The notes beneath the pieces were generated by a model. It had not been told where the DNA came from. It saw only the letters and a list, made by a program, of their open reading frames with translations, and ran no database searches. DNA of 64,000 bases. Source: Hormiphora californensis (lineage: Eukaryota > Animalia > Ctenophora). Positions 13,526 through 59,344 of this stretch are shown piece after piece (position 1 is the stretch's first letter; the number at the start of each line of letters is the position of its first letter). The stretch is from NCBI GenBank assembly GCA_020137815.1, contig CM035360.1:6882001-6946000 (forward strand). Direction: 5' to 3'. The translations under genes were made by a program, and so were the position numbers.

Positions 13526-14238
13526 TTTCTGAGTCTTATCTATAGAAGATCCAATGAGTGTGATAGCCGTGTGGCTTTTTTAATAAGGTTTCTGAATGTA
13601 TTGTTTTCAATTTAATTTACAAAACCCCTCAAATGCTGTTTCAATCAATCTAAAGAAGAGTCAGACAACAATATTCTATGATGCCTTGTGTCTGGCTCTT
13701 TTATTGTCTGGTTGTGGTGGCTAAATAAACCGGTGAAGTCGGCTATGGGTGGCAACATTGGGATGAGGCGCTCCAAACCCTGTTTTGAGTCTGAGTCTGC
13801 TCAGATCGGGTCGGTGCTGCCAGGCAGTTTACGGGTTACAGTTATGCCTGCTGGTACTATTGCCATAGCAAAGGTGGCCGGATATTCCTGTGGTGAAATA
13901 TGTGGGGTTGAGATGTGATCCTGTGTGGTTCAGGTTGACATGGAACATCTGAGACGCGATCTTGTTGGCCAACATTGGGAGGCCACCACCCTGACCCAGA
14001 GCATAGATCACGTTCCCTGAACCCAGAGCATAGATCACCTTCCCAAATAGATCGCATCTCACACGACCTTGTTAATCAGAATCCGCCCCTTGCTAACCCG
14101 CCCATGCATGCCAACAAGCTGCCCATAATTCACTGCCACCCGACCAGTATAAATAACAAACTTCCCTAATCCACAAACCAACTCAAACTATCTATTCCTT
14201 GTTTACTATCTCTCCATCAATCCAATTACAATAACAAC

Positions 14239-14886
14239 ATGGGTCAATGCTCCAGCTCAAAGTGTGTCGTCCCCGGAATGGGATCTGCCCCTCGGACTAC
14301 CTCATCCTTCCTATCTGACCATCACAACTACGTCTCTCTATTATGCGACAACCGTGTCTCCCTCCCTAACTCTGCCACCTCTTCTCATCACCTAGACAAC
14401 AACAAGATCCACGGATTCGAAACCATGTACCGAAGAAGCAGGATTGTCAACAAGAGGCTGTTTCTCAACTCTGGGTTTATGGAGGACGACTACTGCTCAC
14501 CAGCCCCTGATGTCCATCCCTGCTCTCCCCTCCCTGCCTCTGAGACCTCTACAACCTGTATCAGAAACAAGGAGTACATCAGCGCCACCACCTTCAATAC
14601 ATCCTGCCTGTCCTCGGAGTACGATCAGCCTTGTAACCGTGTCAGGATGCCTACCATGATACGACGACCCCTGGATATACCTCGCCTTGTGTTTGATCTG
14701 AGTGATGGTGATAACCTGATGACTGAGGAGGATAGGAGTCCCAGGCGACTGGCTCGTTCCCATGGTGACGTGCCTCTAGTGACGTCATTGGACTCTCTGG
14801 AATCCAGCAACAGCTCTTCTTCTACCTCGTCCAGTTTGGGACGTGATCAGGAGCATGTGGACCTGACTGTGGTGGCTTATCTTTGA
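14239..14886 (+). CDS. Intronless 215-aa Ser/Pro-rich protein of unknown function, with a possible N-myristoylation start (MGQCSS)
   Basis: Uninterrupted ORF, TATA-like tataaat at ~14148 and aacaacATGG start context. No recognisable domain. Confidence 0.55.
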   Translation: MGQCSSSKCVVPGMGSAPRTTSSFLSDHHNYVSLLCDNRVSLPNSATSSHHLDNNKIHGFETMYRRSRIVNKRLFLNSGFMEDDYCSPAPDVHPCSPLPASETSTTCIRNKEYISATTFNTSCLSSEYDQPCNRVRMPTMIRRPLDIPRLVFDLSDGDNLMTEEDRSPRRLARSHGDVPLVTSLDSLESSNSSSSTSSSLGRDQEHVDLTVVAYL

Positions 14887-15004
14887 ATTGTTATTGTTTA
14901 TTTTGAGATTTCGTAAAATTGAAATATTGTCTCTGAATTTGTGGGAAGGAAATCAAAAGAATCAAAACAGCTTCAAACTCAACACTATTAATATCAAGTC
15001 CCTC

Positions 15005-32901
<17,897 letters not shown>

Positions 32902-33233
32902 GGCAGGGGCTATGGGATGGGAATAAGAAATGAAATCATACATGGACTACAGCAGTACTTTATTGAAATGAACGTATAATAATGAGTGCAGTAAGAAATG
33001 TGATAGAAAATAACATAAACAGATCCAAGATTTACATATCAAATTCAAGTTGTCAAGTGAGAGTGGACAAAGGTAAATTTGATTTAGTAACCCCCAGAAA
33101 ACAGGGGATCTTTGTTGTCCATTCTCCCACAAAAAAGCGGTATATAAATGTGATACACAACAACAACAATAAAGCTATACCACACTACATTCGTAAACAG
33201 ACATTATAATTGCTAGAGATATGACGTTCGAAT

Positions 33234-34835
33234 TCACTCTGTTTTGGTTTTTGTGGCCCGGTTGAAGATGCACCTACAGCAGGAGAAGGACGCCCAGAGA
33301 AGGAGTCCAACTATACCAACCAATACCACCAGGAACACTGCTAACACATCCAAATTATACACCTCAACTGAACTCTGTTCCATCAGAACCTTGTTCTTCA
33401 GAAAGTCCAGGTTCCCACCTGCTAAAATGTGCTCACAGATGAACAGGAATACCTCTCTTCCTGATGTGGGATCAGATTTTACAAAGTTTGTAGCAGTCGT
33501 GATCTCAGCCTGGTATGTGGGTACCTCACCCAGGAAACTCTCTACTTCATCTCTGAAGGACTCCTCGGTAATCCGTTCTTTAGGGACCATTCTGCCAAAC
33601 CTTCTCCGGTGAACCATTCGAGCATTGTAGTATTGATCCCCGAATAGGGGAACACACAGTAGAGGCACCCCATAGAAGAGACTCTCCATTCTACCGTTAT
33701 TACCGCAGTGACTGATGAACATGTCCACTCTTCCACTGGCCAAGAGGTCCTTCTGGGGTACCCAACCCTCCTGGAGGATCTTGAGTCCCGGGGCGTGCTG
33801 GGCCAGGTCCTGTTTGGTCTTCAGAACCAGGCAGAGACCCTGGACTCGTGCCAACCCTCGCAGCATGGGAACCACGAACAGGAACAAGGTGATATCCTCT
33901 GCGTAGGAGCCAAACGACATGTAAACCACGCTCTCACAGTTCCCATCCAGGAACTCAGTGTATTTATCGGGTAACGGCTGTGCTTTGTACAGGTCCAAAT
34001 GGAAGAAGCCCATGTTAAACATGGAAGGAGCGGAGAGGGCTGGAAAGGAAAGTGCAGGGTGGTCAAAAATAAAGTTAGCAACGTGAATTCGATCTGCCTC
34101 TAACTGTGTAACCCCTGCATCCTCGTAATGTTTCGTCATCACATTACCGGAGAACTTTATAACTAGAACGTATATTATCTCCACTATTTGTTTGAGAGTG
34201 AAGAGTCTGTCTGTCAGGGAGGGAGGAGTATCGTCTGTAAGGGTGTTGAAGTTATTTGGTTCGCTGTTGATTAGCATACCCTGATTGAGATGGGATCGAG
34301 TGAAGGTGTATTCGGAGACCGCCAATACCCCCACAACTGGAATCCCACTTTTAGAAAGTCTGATCTTGGCCCCAAAGTTAGCCGTGTCTTCAAGAACAAT
34401 GAGACTAAACGGGGTTGAATCAAGGAGGTTTTGGAACTCTGGACCATTGAAATAAGGCAACAAAACATCAGTTGTTGGGGTCATGAACTGTCTGAATGTT
34501 TCTTCTGGGATTCGAGTAGAGAACATAGTTAGCATACCATACTCAGTGGGCAAGTTCTTCAACTCCCTTACCAACCCATTCATTAAGTTATTAAACTCCT
34601 GTTTATACTCAACACCCCTCATGTAGACCGATGTAAAGGGCCGATTATCAAAGTTAACACGAGTATCCTGTACCATGCTGAGCAGGGTGACGTTGTAGCC
34701 TCGTTGTGCTATCATGGTAGCCACCTCTGCTGAGATGTACACGTGGGATCCAGGTATAGCCGTTATTACAAGGACATTCTTGGTGGCGGTGGTGAGAGTG
34801 ATCAACACAGATAGCAGGAGAAATGGTTTAGCCAT
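33234..34835 (-). CDS. UDP-glucuronosyl/glycosyltransferase (GT1), coding region intronless, 533 aa
   Basis: Signal peptide, N-terminal GSH, VYMSFGS, UGT signature WVPQKDLL..FISHCGNNG..ESLFYGVPLLCVPLFGDQYYNA, C-terminal TM helix and KxKxx ER-retrieval motif (KTKTE). Confidence 0.96.
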   Translation of the reverse strand: MAKPFLLLSVLITLTTATKNVLVITAIPGSHVYISAEVATMIAQRGYNVTLLSMVQDTRVNFDNRPFTSVYMRGVEYKQEFNNLMNGLVRELKNLPTEYGMLTMFSTRIPEETFRQFMTPTTDVLLPYFNGPEFQNLLDSTPFSLIVLEDTANFGAKIRLSKSGIPVVGVLAVSEYTFTRSHLNQGMLINSEPNNFNTLTDDTPPSLTDRLFTLKQIVEIIYVLVIKFSGNVMTKHYEDAGVTQLEADRIHVANFIFDHPALSFPALSAPSMFNMGFFHLDLYKAQPLPDKYTEFLDGNCESVVYMSFGSYAEDITLFLFVVPMLRGLARVQGLCLVLKTKQDLAQHAPGLKILQEGWVPQKDLLASGRVDMFISHCGNNGRMESLFYGVPLLCVPLFGDQYYNARMVHRRRFGRMVPKERITEESFRDEVESFLGEVPTYQAEITTATNFVKSDPTSGREVFLFICEHILAGGNLDFLKNKVLMEQSSVEVYNLDVLAVFLVVLVGIVGLLLWASFSCCRCIFNRATKTKTE

Positions 34836-34961
34836 TCTAAGGTATGGGTTATTACTTTACTTCTTTTTATCATGCCATTTGCATTCTTTAATCGCAGATC
34901 TTCCAAGTGGTCAGATCATGTAGTAAAAAGTCAAAATATAAAATGACAAATGCTCATACAC

Positions 34962-36301
34962 CACGGCGTGCCTGGTGAAATTTTAACACGACCTAGCATG
35001 CGACGGGAAACCACCACTTGTACGTGGTAGCTGAGGGTCTACAGAATGGCGCTACGGTGCGGGAAAAAACATTCCATTCCCTAAAATCTTTTTTTTTACT
35101 TTTATTTGATTTGGGTCAAAATTGGCTATATTAAACGTGGTCCCGAAAAATCCATAATGACTTAGCACACGAAATATGTCACCCCCACCTATTTTTGGAC
35201 GTAGAATCGATTGCCGTTGAAGTCGAATCTCTAAAATGACTGTAAAATGGTCAAAAGTTGATTTTTTACCATTTTTTGGAGGTTTTTGGCCCCTAAACCA
35301 TTGAAAACGTTGAGATAGGAATTTGAAACTAGTGCCAATCGTTAAAATGGTCATTTTTCTACCAAGAACCAAGTTTTCGTGTATATCCGATTTATGGTTA
35401 GAATTGGGCAAATTGTTGAAATCTGCCAACTAGGAGAACCGTACCTTGATTTTTTCCTTTTTTATGTTTTGTATTTTTGATAAACTTCTGATTGAAATGG
35501 CCAGTCGGGACCATGCTTAAGTTGTTTATGGGATAAATTTCGACTAAAATCCAAGATTTCATACCAATCCAATAACAGATCGTTGATTTATAGAAAATTT
35601 AGGTAGGCAAAACGGTCAAAATATCAACTTTTTTTGCTTATTTTGACCGTTTTGCCTACCTAAATTTTCTATAAATCAACGATCTGTTATTGGATTGGTA
35701 TGAAATCTTGGATTTTAGTCGAAATTTATCCCATAAACAACTTAAGCATGGTCCCGACTGGCCATTTCAATCAGAAGTTTATCAAAAATACCAAAACATA
35801 AAAAAGGAAAAAATCAAGGTACGGTTCTCCTAGTTGGCAGATTTCAACAATTTGCCCAATTCTAACCATAAATCGGATATACACGAAAACTTGGTTCTTG
35901 GTAGAAAAATGACCATTTTAACGATTGGCACTAGTTTCAAATTCCTATCTCAACGTTTTCAATGGTTTAGGGGCCAAAAACCTCCAAAAAATGGTAAAAA
36001 ATCAACTTTTGACCATTTTACAGTTATTTTAGAGATTCGACTTCAACGGCAATCGATTCTACGTCCAAAAATAGGTGGGGGTGACATATTTCGTGTGCTA
36101 AGTCATTATGGATTTTTCGGGACCACGTTTAATATAGCCAATTTTGACCCAAATCAAATAAAAGTAAAAAAAAAGATTTTAGGGAATGGAATGTTTTTTC
36201 CCGCACCGTAGCGCCATTCTGTAGACCCTCAGCTACCACGTACAAGTGGTGGTTTCCCGTCGCATGCTAGGTCGTGTTAAAATTTCACCAGGCACGCCGT
36301 G
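34962..36301. mobile_element. 1.34-kb near-perfect foldback element, Chapaev/CMC-like, non-autonomous
   Basis: Arms of ~660 bp with a loop of ~15 nt at ~35631. Termini CACGG...CCGTG and 4-bp TSD ACAC. Confidence 0.85.
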
Positions 36302-37329
36302 ACACGCATGGCATTTTCTAGCCAGACCAAGAAGTATTTTATGGAAATAGCTTCCAACAGGATCTGGTCTATCTTACGTGAAAGCACACACCTGTTACTA
36401 CTAAAACACCCAGATTGCAACCTATCTATCTACATTTTGATTCTCAATGTGAGTAGTCGACAAAGGAAAATCCTGGGATTTCCAGGAATCTCAGGTCAGT
36501 CGTTTGAAAGCATTTATGGCGAGGTCTGGCTTCTTTCCAAATCGTCGAATCACAGTGGTGCTCCTCATACTGACCTGTGCGCTAAGCTTTCACTACTAAT
36601 ATGCATTCATTTTTAATCGTCGTGAAGTTGCGACCATACTCAATCAAATTGAAGCAGCTCTTCTTTCTGCCAGCCAAGCAGATTGGAACTAGTTCCATGG
36701 TCTGAGTCATCTTTGAAGCAGGTTTCACACTGTTACTACTAACACCGATTCAACCTTATTTGTTCTCTACATGTCTAACATCCACTAATTGGAGTTTCGG
36801 ACTAGCGCTCCGCCCAAGATATTTGATGCCATCCGTGATAATTTGTTGTAAATTTTTTCATCGCGTTATCAGTTACAAGTTACAGATTAAATGTTTCGTT
36901 AATACTATTAACACACCGAAAGCATCCCTGGGAACTGGTATCGCCATAATTGCCATATCGCGTGAAATTCGACATGGATGCACCAATCGAGGAGGAGGAC
37001 GTAAAGTACTTCCTTTTCTCAATGTTACCCGAAAATGGTGCCAACATGATGCACCTTGCTTGAGCGCGCGGTCTTCTATCTGGTAACCAGTGGAGCCCGT
37101 AACATGAATAATGCAGTCTGCTCTCAATCTCTGCAGTGGTGCTCTCAACTGCCACGCGCGCTAAGCACTGTCCACGACACAAATGAGCATTCATGTTTAG
37201 GATGCCGTGGACACCGCTTTTGGCGACCAATAGATGGCACATCCAGCCCGACGTGTAAGTGGGATGAATCATTTTTAAAGTGAAAATGAAAAAATCGCGT
37301 GGTGGATAGGAACCATAATATCATAGCCT

Positions 37330-37765
37330 CCAAGAGCCCCAAGAGCGCACATCGAAAACACACCTGAGGCGCACCCACCAAAAGGACACATCCAAGAGCG
37401 CACCACCTCCAGAAGACACCACTTCAAGAGCGCACCACATCAAAGAGAGCTCCCCATCCAGAAGATACCACGCGCAGGGGACACCACGCGCAGAAGAGAC
37501 CAGCACGGCGTTGTATTTGCGCGTGCGGTCTCTTCTGCGCGTGGTGTCCCCTGCACGCGGTATCTTCTGGATGGGGAGCTCTCTTTGATGTGGTGCACTC
37601 TTGGAGTGGTGTCTTTTGGAGGTGGTACGATCTTGGATGGGGTGCGCTCTTGAACTTTATTGGCCAGCGTTAAAATCTGGGTGTTTCGTGAGTGCTGACA
37701 AACGGTTTTTTTAGGGTTAGGGCTAAAGTAGGGTTAGGGTTGGGGTTTGGGTTGGGGTTAGGCCT
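37330..37765. repeat. Hairpin element with AAGAGCGCACC subrepeats, followed by a degenerate TTAGGG tract
   Basis: ~37400-37505 pairs with ~37520-37627. ttagggttaggg... at 37711-37762. Confidence 0.7.
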
Positions 37766-38236
37766 TGACATTCCCTACCAGATAAACTTTGAATTAGCCA
37801 AAACGGTTGAGTGGTTCGGCGGTTAGAGCCGTTTTAGTGAATCAACTTTTTTGGCAGCGCGCACCTGTAAACAGGCCACCAAACACCCAGATCGTTGGCA
37901 AACGTTGCTGGCCCCCCGATAGTTCTGCGCCACGCGCAGCGCGGGATAAGGCAGCGCTTTTCAACCCAGATCGTAACGGCGCCCAACTTTATTATGGTTC
38001 CTTATTTGCAATTTTATTTAATTTATTTATTTGGCGCGCGCGGGATTCTATTATTTCAACGCAACGCGCGGCGTTTGATTTGCGCGTGAAAATTTTGCCA
38101 GCGCTCCTATCCGGTCCGACCCCCATTTTTTTTAAACATAAAGACAAAAACAGACTCAGTTATTTTGGAAGAAAAAAAACGGTTAATATATATTAACTGG
38201 GTGTATAATAAAAGACTTGCGACGATGTTTAGTCAC

Positions 38237-41198
<2,962 letters not shown>

Positions 41199-41943
41199 CT
41201 GAAATATGGGGTGGGGTTAGGGAGAGAAGGGAAGTGTGTGGAAGATAGGTAGGAGTAGCATTCTTTCGGTGTATGTGGAAGATAGGGATTTGGGGATAAT
41301 GTTAAAGAGGGTTGAAGAGATTTCATTTAAAGTCATAACAGCTCGACGTGACCAAAAGCGCGCCGGTCCCGCGCGAGGTCCGCACCGACCAACTACACTT
41401 GGAGTGGTGTCTTTTGGAGTGGCGTTGGAGGGGTCGCCTGACTTGGCACGTTAATCTGGGTGCGGAGCTCAAACTTTTAGGGTGGCTATGGGGGGTGGGG
41501 TTTTTGGGTGGCCTTCTTCTCCAGATAACTTTTTGGGTTGAGTGGTTCGCGGTTGGCCTTTTAAATATGGCGGCGCACCTGTAGGCCCCATCACCAGTCG
41601 TTGGCAGTGCTGCCCCCTTTTGGCCACGCAGCGCGGGATAAGACAGCGCTTTTCAACCCAGATCGTAACGGCGCCCAACTTTATTATGGTTCCTTATTTG
41701 CAATTTTATTTAATTAATATATTTGGCGCGCGCGGCATTCTATTATTTCAACGCAACGCGCGGCGTTTGATTTGCGCGTGAAAATTTTGCCAGCGCTCTG
41801 GACCAATAAACTCTCCGGTCCAACCCCCATTTTTTTGGAAACATCAAGACAAAAACAGACTCAGTTATTTTGGAAGAAAAAAAAAACGGTTAATATATAT
41901 TAACTGGGTGTATAATAAAAGACTTGCGACGATGTTTAGTCAC

Positions 41944-50847
<8,904 letters not shown>

Positions 50848-50929
50848 TCAATAGACGGCGTAAAATATAAAGATTGGAGACTCAAAGTTAAATCGGGTGG
50901 TGTTCCTCTTTTTCCGTTGGGTCTGCGGT

Positions 50930-51300
50930 CTTTACAGAAGTTTTTGGTTCTTTTTGCGGTTTATGTTGCTTTTTTTGTCCTTTTTTATATAGTTTTGTAT
51001 AAAAAAGCTTGTCAACAAGCCATCGACGCAAAAATAAGCAACAGGAAGATTACAGGTACGAGTTTGTGAAGGCGGCGAGTTCTGGGCACCAGAGTCTCCC
51101 CCGCATGATTTCCCGGTTGTTTGCGGAGTAAATTTTACCGCGCGCGGAGGGTTTTTAGTGCGCTGCATTTGCCGCGCGCGGGAAAAATGCGAAATTTGAG
51201 AGGTTTCGGACTCAGAAATTTAAATTTTTGAAATTTTTAGCTCACTTTTTCGTTTTTTGTCTCCTATGTTGTTCCGCAGCCTGTAAGAGAGAGCTTTTTG
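50930..51300. promoter_or_regulatory. Divergent promoter region between PABPC and the Rab gene, including the A-rich PABPC leader
   Basis: Head-to-head start codons are 640 bp apart. A GCGCG cluster lies at 51138-51182 and minus-strand oligo-A runs at 50940-50996. Confidence 0.55.
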
Positions 51301-51475
51301 GTTTAACCGCACACAAGATAGCTCAAAATAATCAATCAAAACACCTGACGACACGTCATGCATTTAAAATCAGCCAATTTGCGATTTTAAAGCTGTACCT
51401 GTGTCGCTGTCGGCCTTTAAACCGCTATTTTATCCCTTAGCCAGGTCACATAGAAGGTGGAAGCGTTATGTGAGA

Positions 51476-55403
<3,928 letters not shown>

Positions 55404-56698
55404 CTGGAGCTGATGTACTAGATCTAGAATCTAGATTTTCTAGATTCTAGATTTCTAGAAAAGTCCCATAATTGGAAGGACTCGAAAGTGGAAGAGAGAA
55501 AAAGAGACTGCGAGGGAGTGACTATTTTATATTTTGCTTTAAATTCGGAATTTTGTATGAGAAGAAAGCATTGAATTGTAATTGTGTAACTTTTACTATG
55601 TAAAATCGGTTTGTTTACATTCTTCTGGACCCCCACTTTGTTTGGGGCACAGTCGCTTAACGATAGTGTAGGAATATGTACCATATAATCATACATGCGG
55701 ACATATCTACCAGTTTATAAGCTTCTCACTGAGATTGGTGAGAACTGCGTAGTTCTCAGTTCTCGCCAATCTCTTGCTTGTAAGGCTCTGATCCTGACCT
55801 CTTAGGGACGCGGTTAAAGAGGGTCGAGTAGGGCTAAATCTAATCTACCCCCTCCCCCATTTGAGCGATTTGCACTTTTTGGACATTCACATTATTATTT
55901 TGCAGTATGAAGGTCACCGGCATATAGAGTTGTTATGTTCGCAGAGAGAGAGGGTCGAACAAGGCTAGCAGTGGCTTCTACTAAACCCGAACATGGCTGC
56001 ATTTTTTCTTTGAATTCTGAGAACTATTATGGAATAAAAAGTTAAAGTGGCGTCAGAATTGGATGACCCAAGCAGTGTCTACAATAGCCCACCTACTAGC
56101 AGCTTGTGGGTGAGAGAAACCCGCAAAAGTACTAAACTTACCATTTATGTTCCAAGCACCTCACAGCGTCGACAAATTAAACATAATAAGGAACTGGGGT
56201 CGGGTGGGGTAACTTCCCTCCATATCACATTATCACGTTTTCTTTTCTCTCACTTTCGCAATTTTTCTCTCATTTTACCACCCAGATTATCATGGGTAGC
56301 ATGTTGGCCACATTGATGCCTGAGTGAGATCGATCTCGAAGCGAGAATAGGTAACAAGGTAAACACGAGATATGTTGGTACTGGAAATAAAATTAACCGT
56401 AGCTTTCAATTACACTTGGGTAACCTTCATCAGCGGAAAGAGAATAGGTTGCAATGGAGCCAAGGTAGCATGCTGTTGTTGAGCTTTGAGTCATGTCTTG
56501 TCATGTCTTGTTGAGTATGGGATGAGACTCGACAAGTTAGGTCAGTATAGTAGCTATAATAGTGTCGGTCGTCGGAGTTAGAATTGTTTGTGATAAGACA
56601 GGATTTCGATTGGTGTCCCTTATTCCGGGAGTTTGGATAGTGGAGATTTCCTCTTCAGATTCTGATAGTTTTCACGGTTCCCAAGGCATCTACTCTCT

Positions 56699-56760
56699 CA
56701 CGGCGTGCCTGGTGAACTCGAGTGCTACGAGAAACCACCACATGTACGTGGTAGGTGAGA
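56699..56760 (+). mobile_element. Solo terminal fragment related to the Chapaev-like foldback at 34962
   Basis: cacggcgtgcctggtgaa..gaaaccaccacatgtacgtggtag resembles 34962-35032. Confidence 0.7.
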
Positions 56761-57392
56761 ACGAAGTAATGTCCCCACCTAACATGGTCGACATGAAATT
56801 GAACCAAGTTGGGAACTGGGCCTGGTAGTTGGGTGGGGCAAGCAAAGTGTCCCCGGTAGTGCAGGCCACGTGAGCTGCAGTTTTATGGGTTTGGAATTCA
56901 ATGGAAATGGTGCTACAGCTGCTGAGTTCTATTCTAGGTTCTATTTTTGATAACTATAACACCAGGATCCCAGGCCAAGGATCCAAGTTTTGATTGAGGG
57001 TGGTAGATAATACAGTGAAAAAATAGTTAGTGATTTGATATTCTCTGATACCAACCAATGTGATAATGCGAGATATAGATACACGTGAGTAGGCCATGGT
57101 GCGAACTTTTTTGGTATCTTTCTCAGAAAAACAAAAAAATAAAACTTTTTTTTCTCTTTCTCTTGTGTTGCTTCTTGCCCCAAAATTTGGGTCGGGGCAA
57201 TTATAAAATCACTGCTGTTCTCATCACCGTTCCCAGAACAACACCGAATGGTGTTGGGTCATTTAGACCTCGTTTTTGCCCCAATTTAAATTGTTGACAT
57301 CCGGCTGTTGTGCAGTTGTTATACTAGTAGGATGTCATAGTGTGAGTGTGTTCTTTAGTAACTCTGTAAAGATTCATCGCAGCGAGTAATGG

Positions 57393-57424
<32 letters not shown>

Positions 57425-57690
57425 AGAGAGAACTAGTGAGATCTCACTAGTTCTCTCTCTCTCCCTCTCATGAGATAGAGAGAGAAAAGACGATCTAGAA
57501 TACGAGTGGGAGAAAGAGAAGGTGAAGACAGAATGAAGGAGGAGCAGCAAACTTGAGAAAAAAGAGAAAGACACTGACTGTTGCAGTGTGAATAAGTGAA
57601 GGAATAAATGTGCGTTATAGAAGCTGGATGAATGAGACGGAGGGAGAAATTGATCTCTCTCCCACTCTCTCTTTCACTCTCTCACTCCCT

Positions 57691-57828
<138 letters not shown>

Positions 57829-59344
57829 ATATCTCCCTCTCTCCCTCCCCAATTCTTCCATAGAGTGGGAGAGAGAGAGAGTTATGAGAGTGAGAAGGGT
57901 AGAATAGAAAGTAAGCTGGATAACCGGGATCGAGCTGTAGTCGGACAAGACCCATTTCTCGCCCCCCTCTCTTTGTCCCAATTCTTTGCCGACTACTCGT
58001 ACACGTGTCACCCGTTTATAACCCCGCTCTAGCCCTCAGAGAGCTGGAAAATATTTAACAGTTTCGATATTTGCTAGACTCCCCCAAACTATCAGATTGC
58101 TTGTAACCTGCCGGGGTACCTTGTAGTAGCGTATCAGCCTTTGAACTGAGCTTCCCAGTCCATATTGGATGTCTTCGCAAGTGGTACTGACACCCCCAGA
58201 GTTTACAATAGAGTGCAAAAATATAGATGATGGATTTTAGAGAGAGAAAGTGAGAGAAGGACTAGAAAGTGAGATAGAGGGAGAGATATCGAGAGAGACG
58301 GCATATTGAGAAACCTTCAATTCATGTACACTAGTTTTCCTCGATAGACGGAACGGTCTAGGCCTAGACTGTCATGCTAGGTCTTGACTCAGACTATCGA
58401 GTTTTTACTGTTTCCTGAATTCCTGAATTATTCCCTTTGTGTAAAACTGTTCCCCGGACAAGTATCTGGAATACAATGAACAGTATTCTGGGAAATCTTG
58501 TTTGTTTACCATCTTCAGAACCTGCATAAATTACACGCTCCACTGTCTCAGTTCACTGTCACCCACAGGGCTTTGTTTTTACAGTTCCCACACTCTGTTT
58601 ATCACCCCTCGTTTGATCCCTGTTTAAGTAGTGTGCAGTAGGGCTAACGGAAACAAGCAACTGATCTCGTCCCCCCTCCTTGTGGTTGGTTGTTCCCAGT
58701 GGTGGCTTTGAACTGACACAGTTTTGTAACATGTACAGCTGCCTGACAAGTAGGGATTATCCTATCACCTTGTCAAGCTTCCCCAATCATCGCGTGCTCA
58801 CCCGTGATAGCTTGCATGCTATGATCAGGGAGAGAGATCCCAGTTTCGTGTAAATAGCTGAAGCGCTTGTCAGCGTTCTCTCACTCTGTGCGCGCATCCC
58901 ATGTGATTGTCTGGATTTGTGTCACCGCGCGCGCTCACCATGTATCCATGCCGGCCGAGGGGAGAGTTGTAGCAGGGAGAGTCATGTGATGCGTTGTCAA
59001 AGGCACGTGATGTGTCACGCGGTACGTCCTTCTCCCACTGCGAGGCAGCGTTACTTCGTGACGTAAGTGCCTCACTAGCCAATGAGACAGTCCGTCCAGT
59101 TTCAAATTCAAAGAGTCTCCCTTGCTCTCTCTCCCTCTCTCTCTCTCCTTGCTCTAGCTGGCCAGTCTCTCCCTCTCATTGGTAGAGCTCCCCTCGTTGG
59201 GATTTACGGGTAGTGCTGTTTGGCTTGTAGCTACTTGATGGCGTCCTATTATCCAACTAAACCCCCAATACTTTGTTATCTTCTTCCCATCTTTGTGTAC
59301 TTTGATTCTATACCATTTTCTATCATTGTCCTATCTTTTCTAGA

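Noticed and set aside
13688-14062. Short ORFs upstream of the orphan gene
   Set aside because: No motifs or convincing splice structure; the region contains short direct repeats and is probably regulatory.
35052-36211. Two identical 125-aa ORFs on opposite strands; similar mirrored ORFs at 48428-49074
   Set aside because: They are a consequence of the palindrome and show no transposase motif.
36320-37320. Possible transposase remnant next to the foldback
   Set aside because: Short ORFs with no recognisable DDE or zinc motif.
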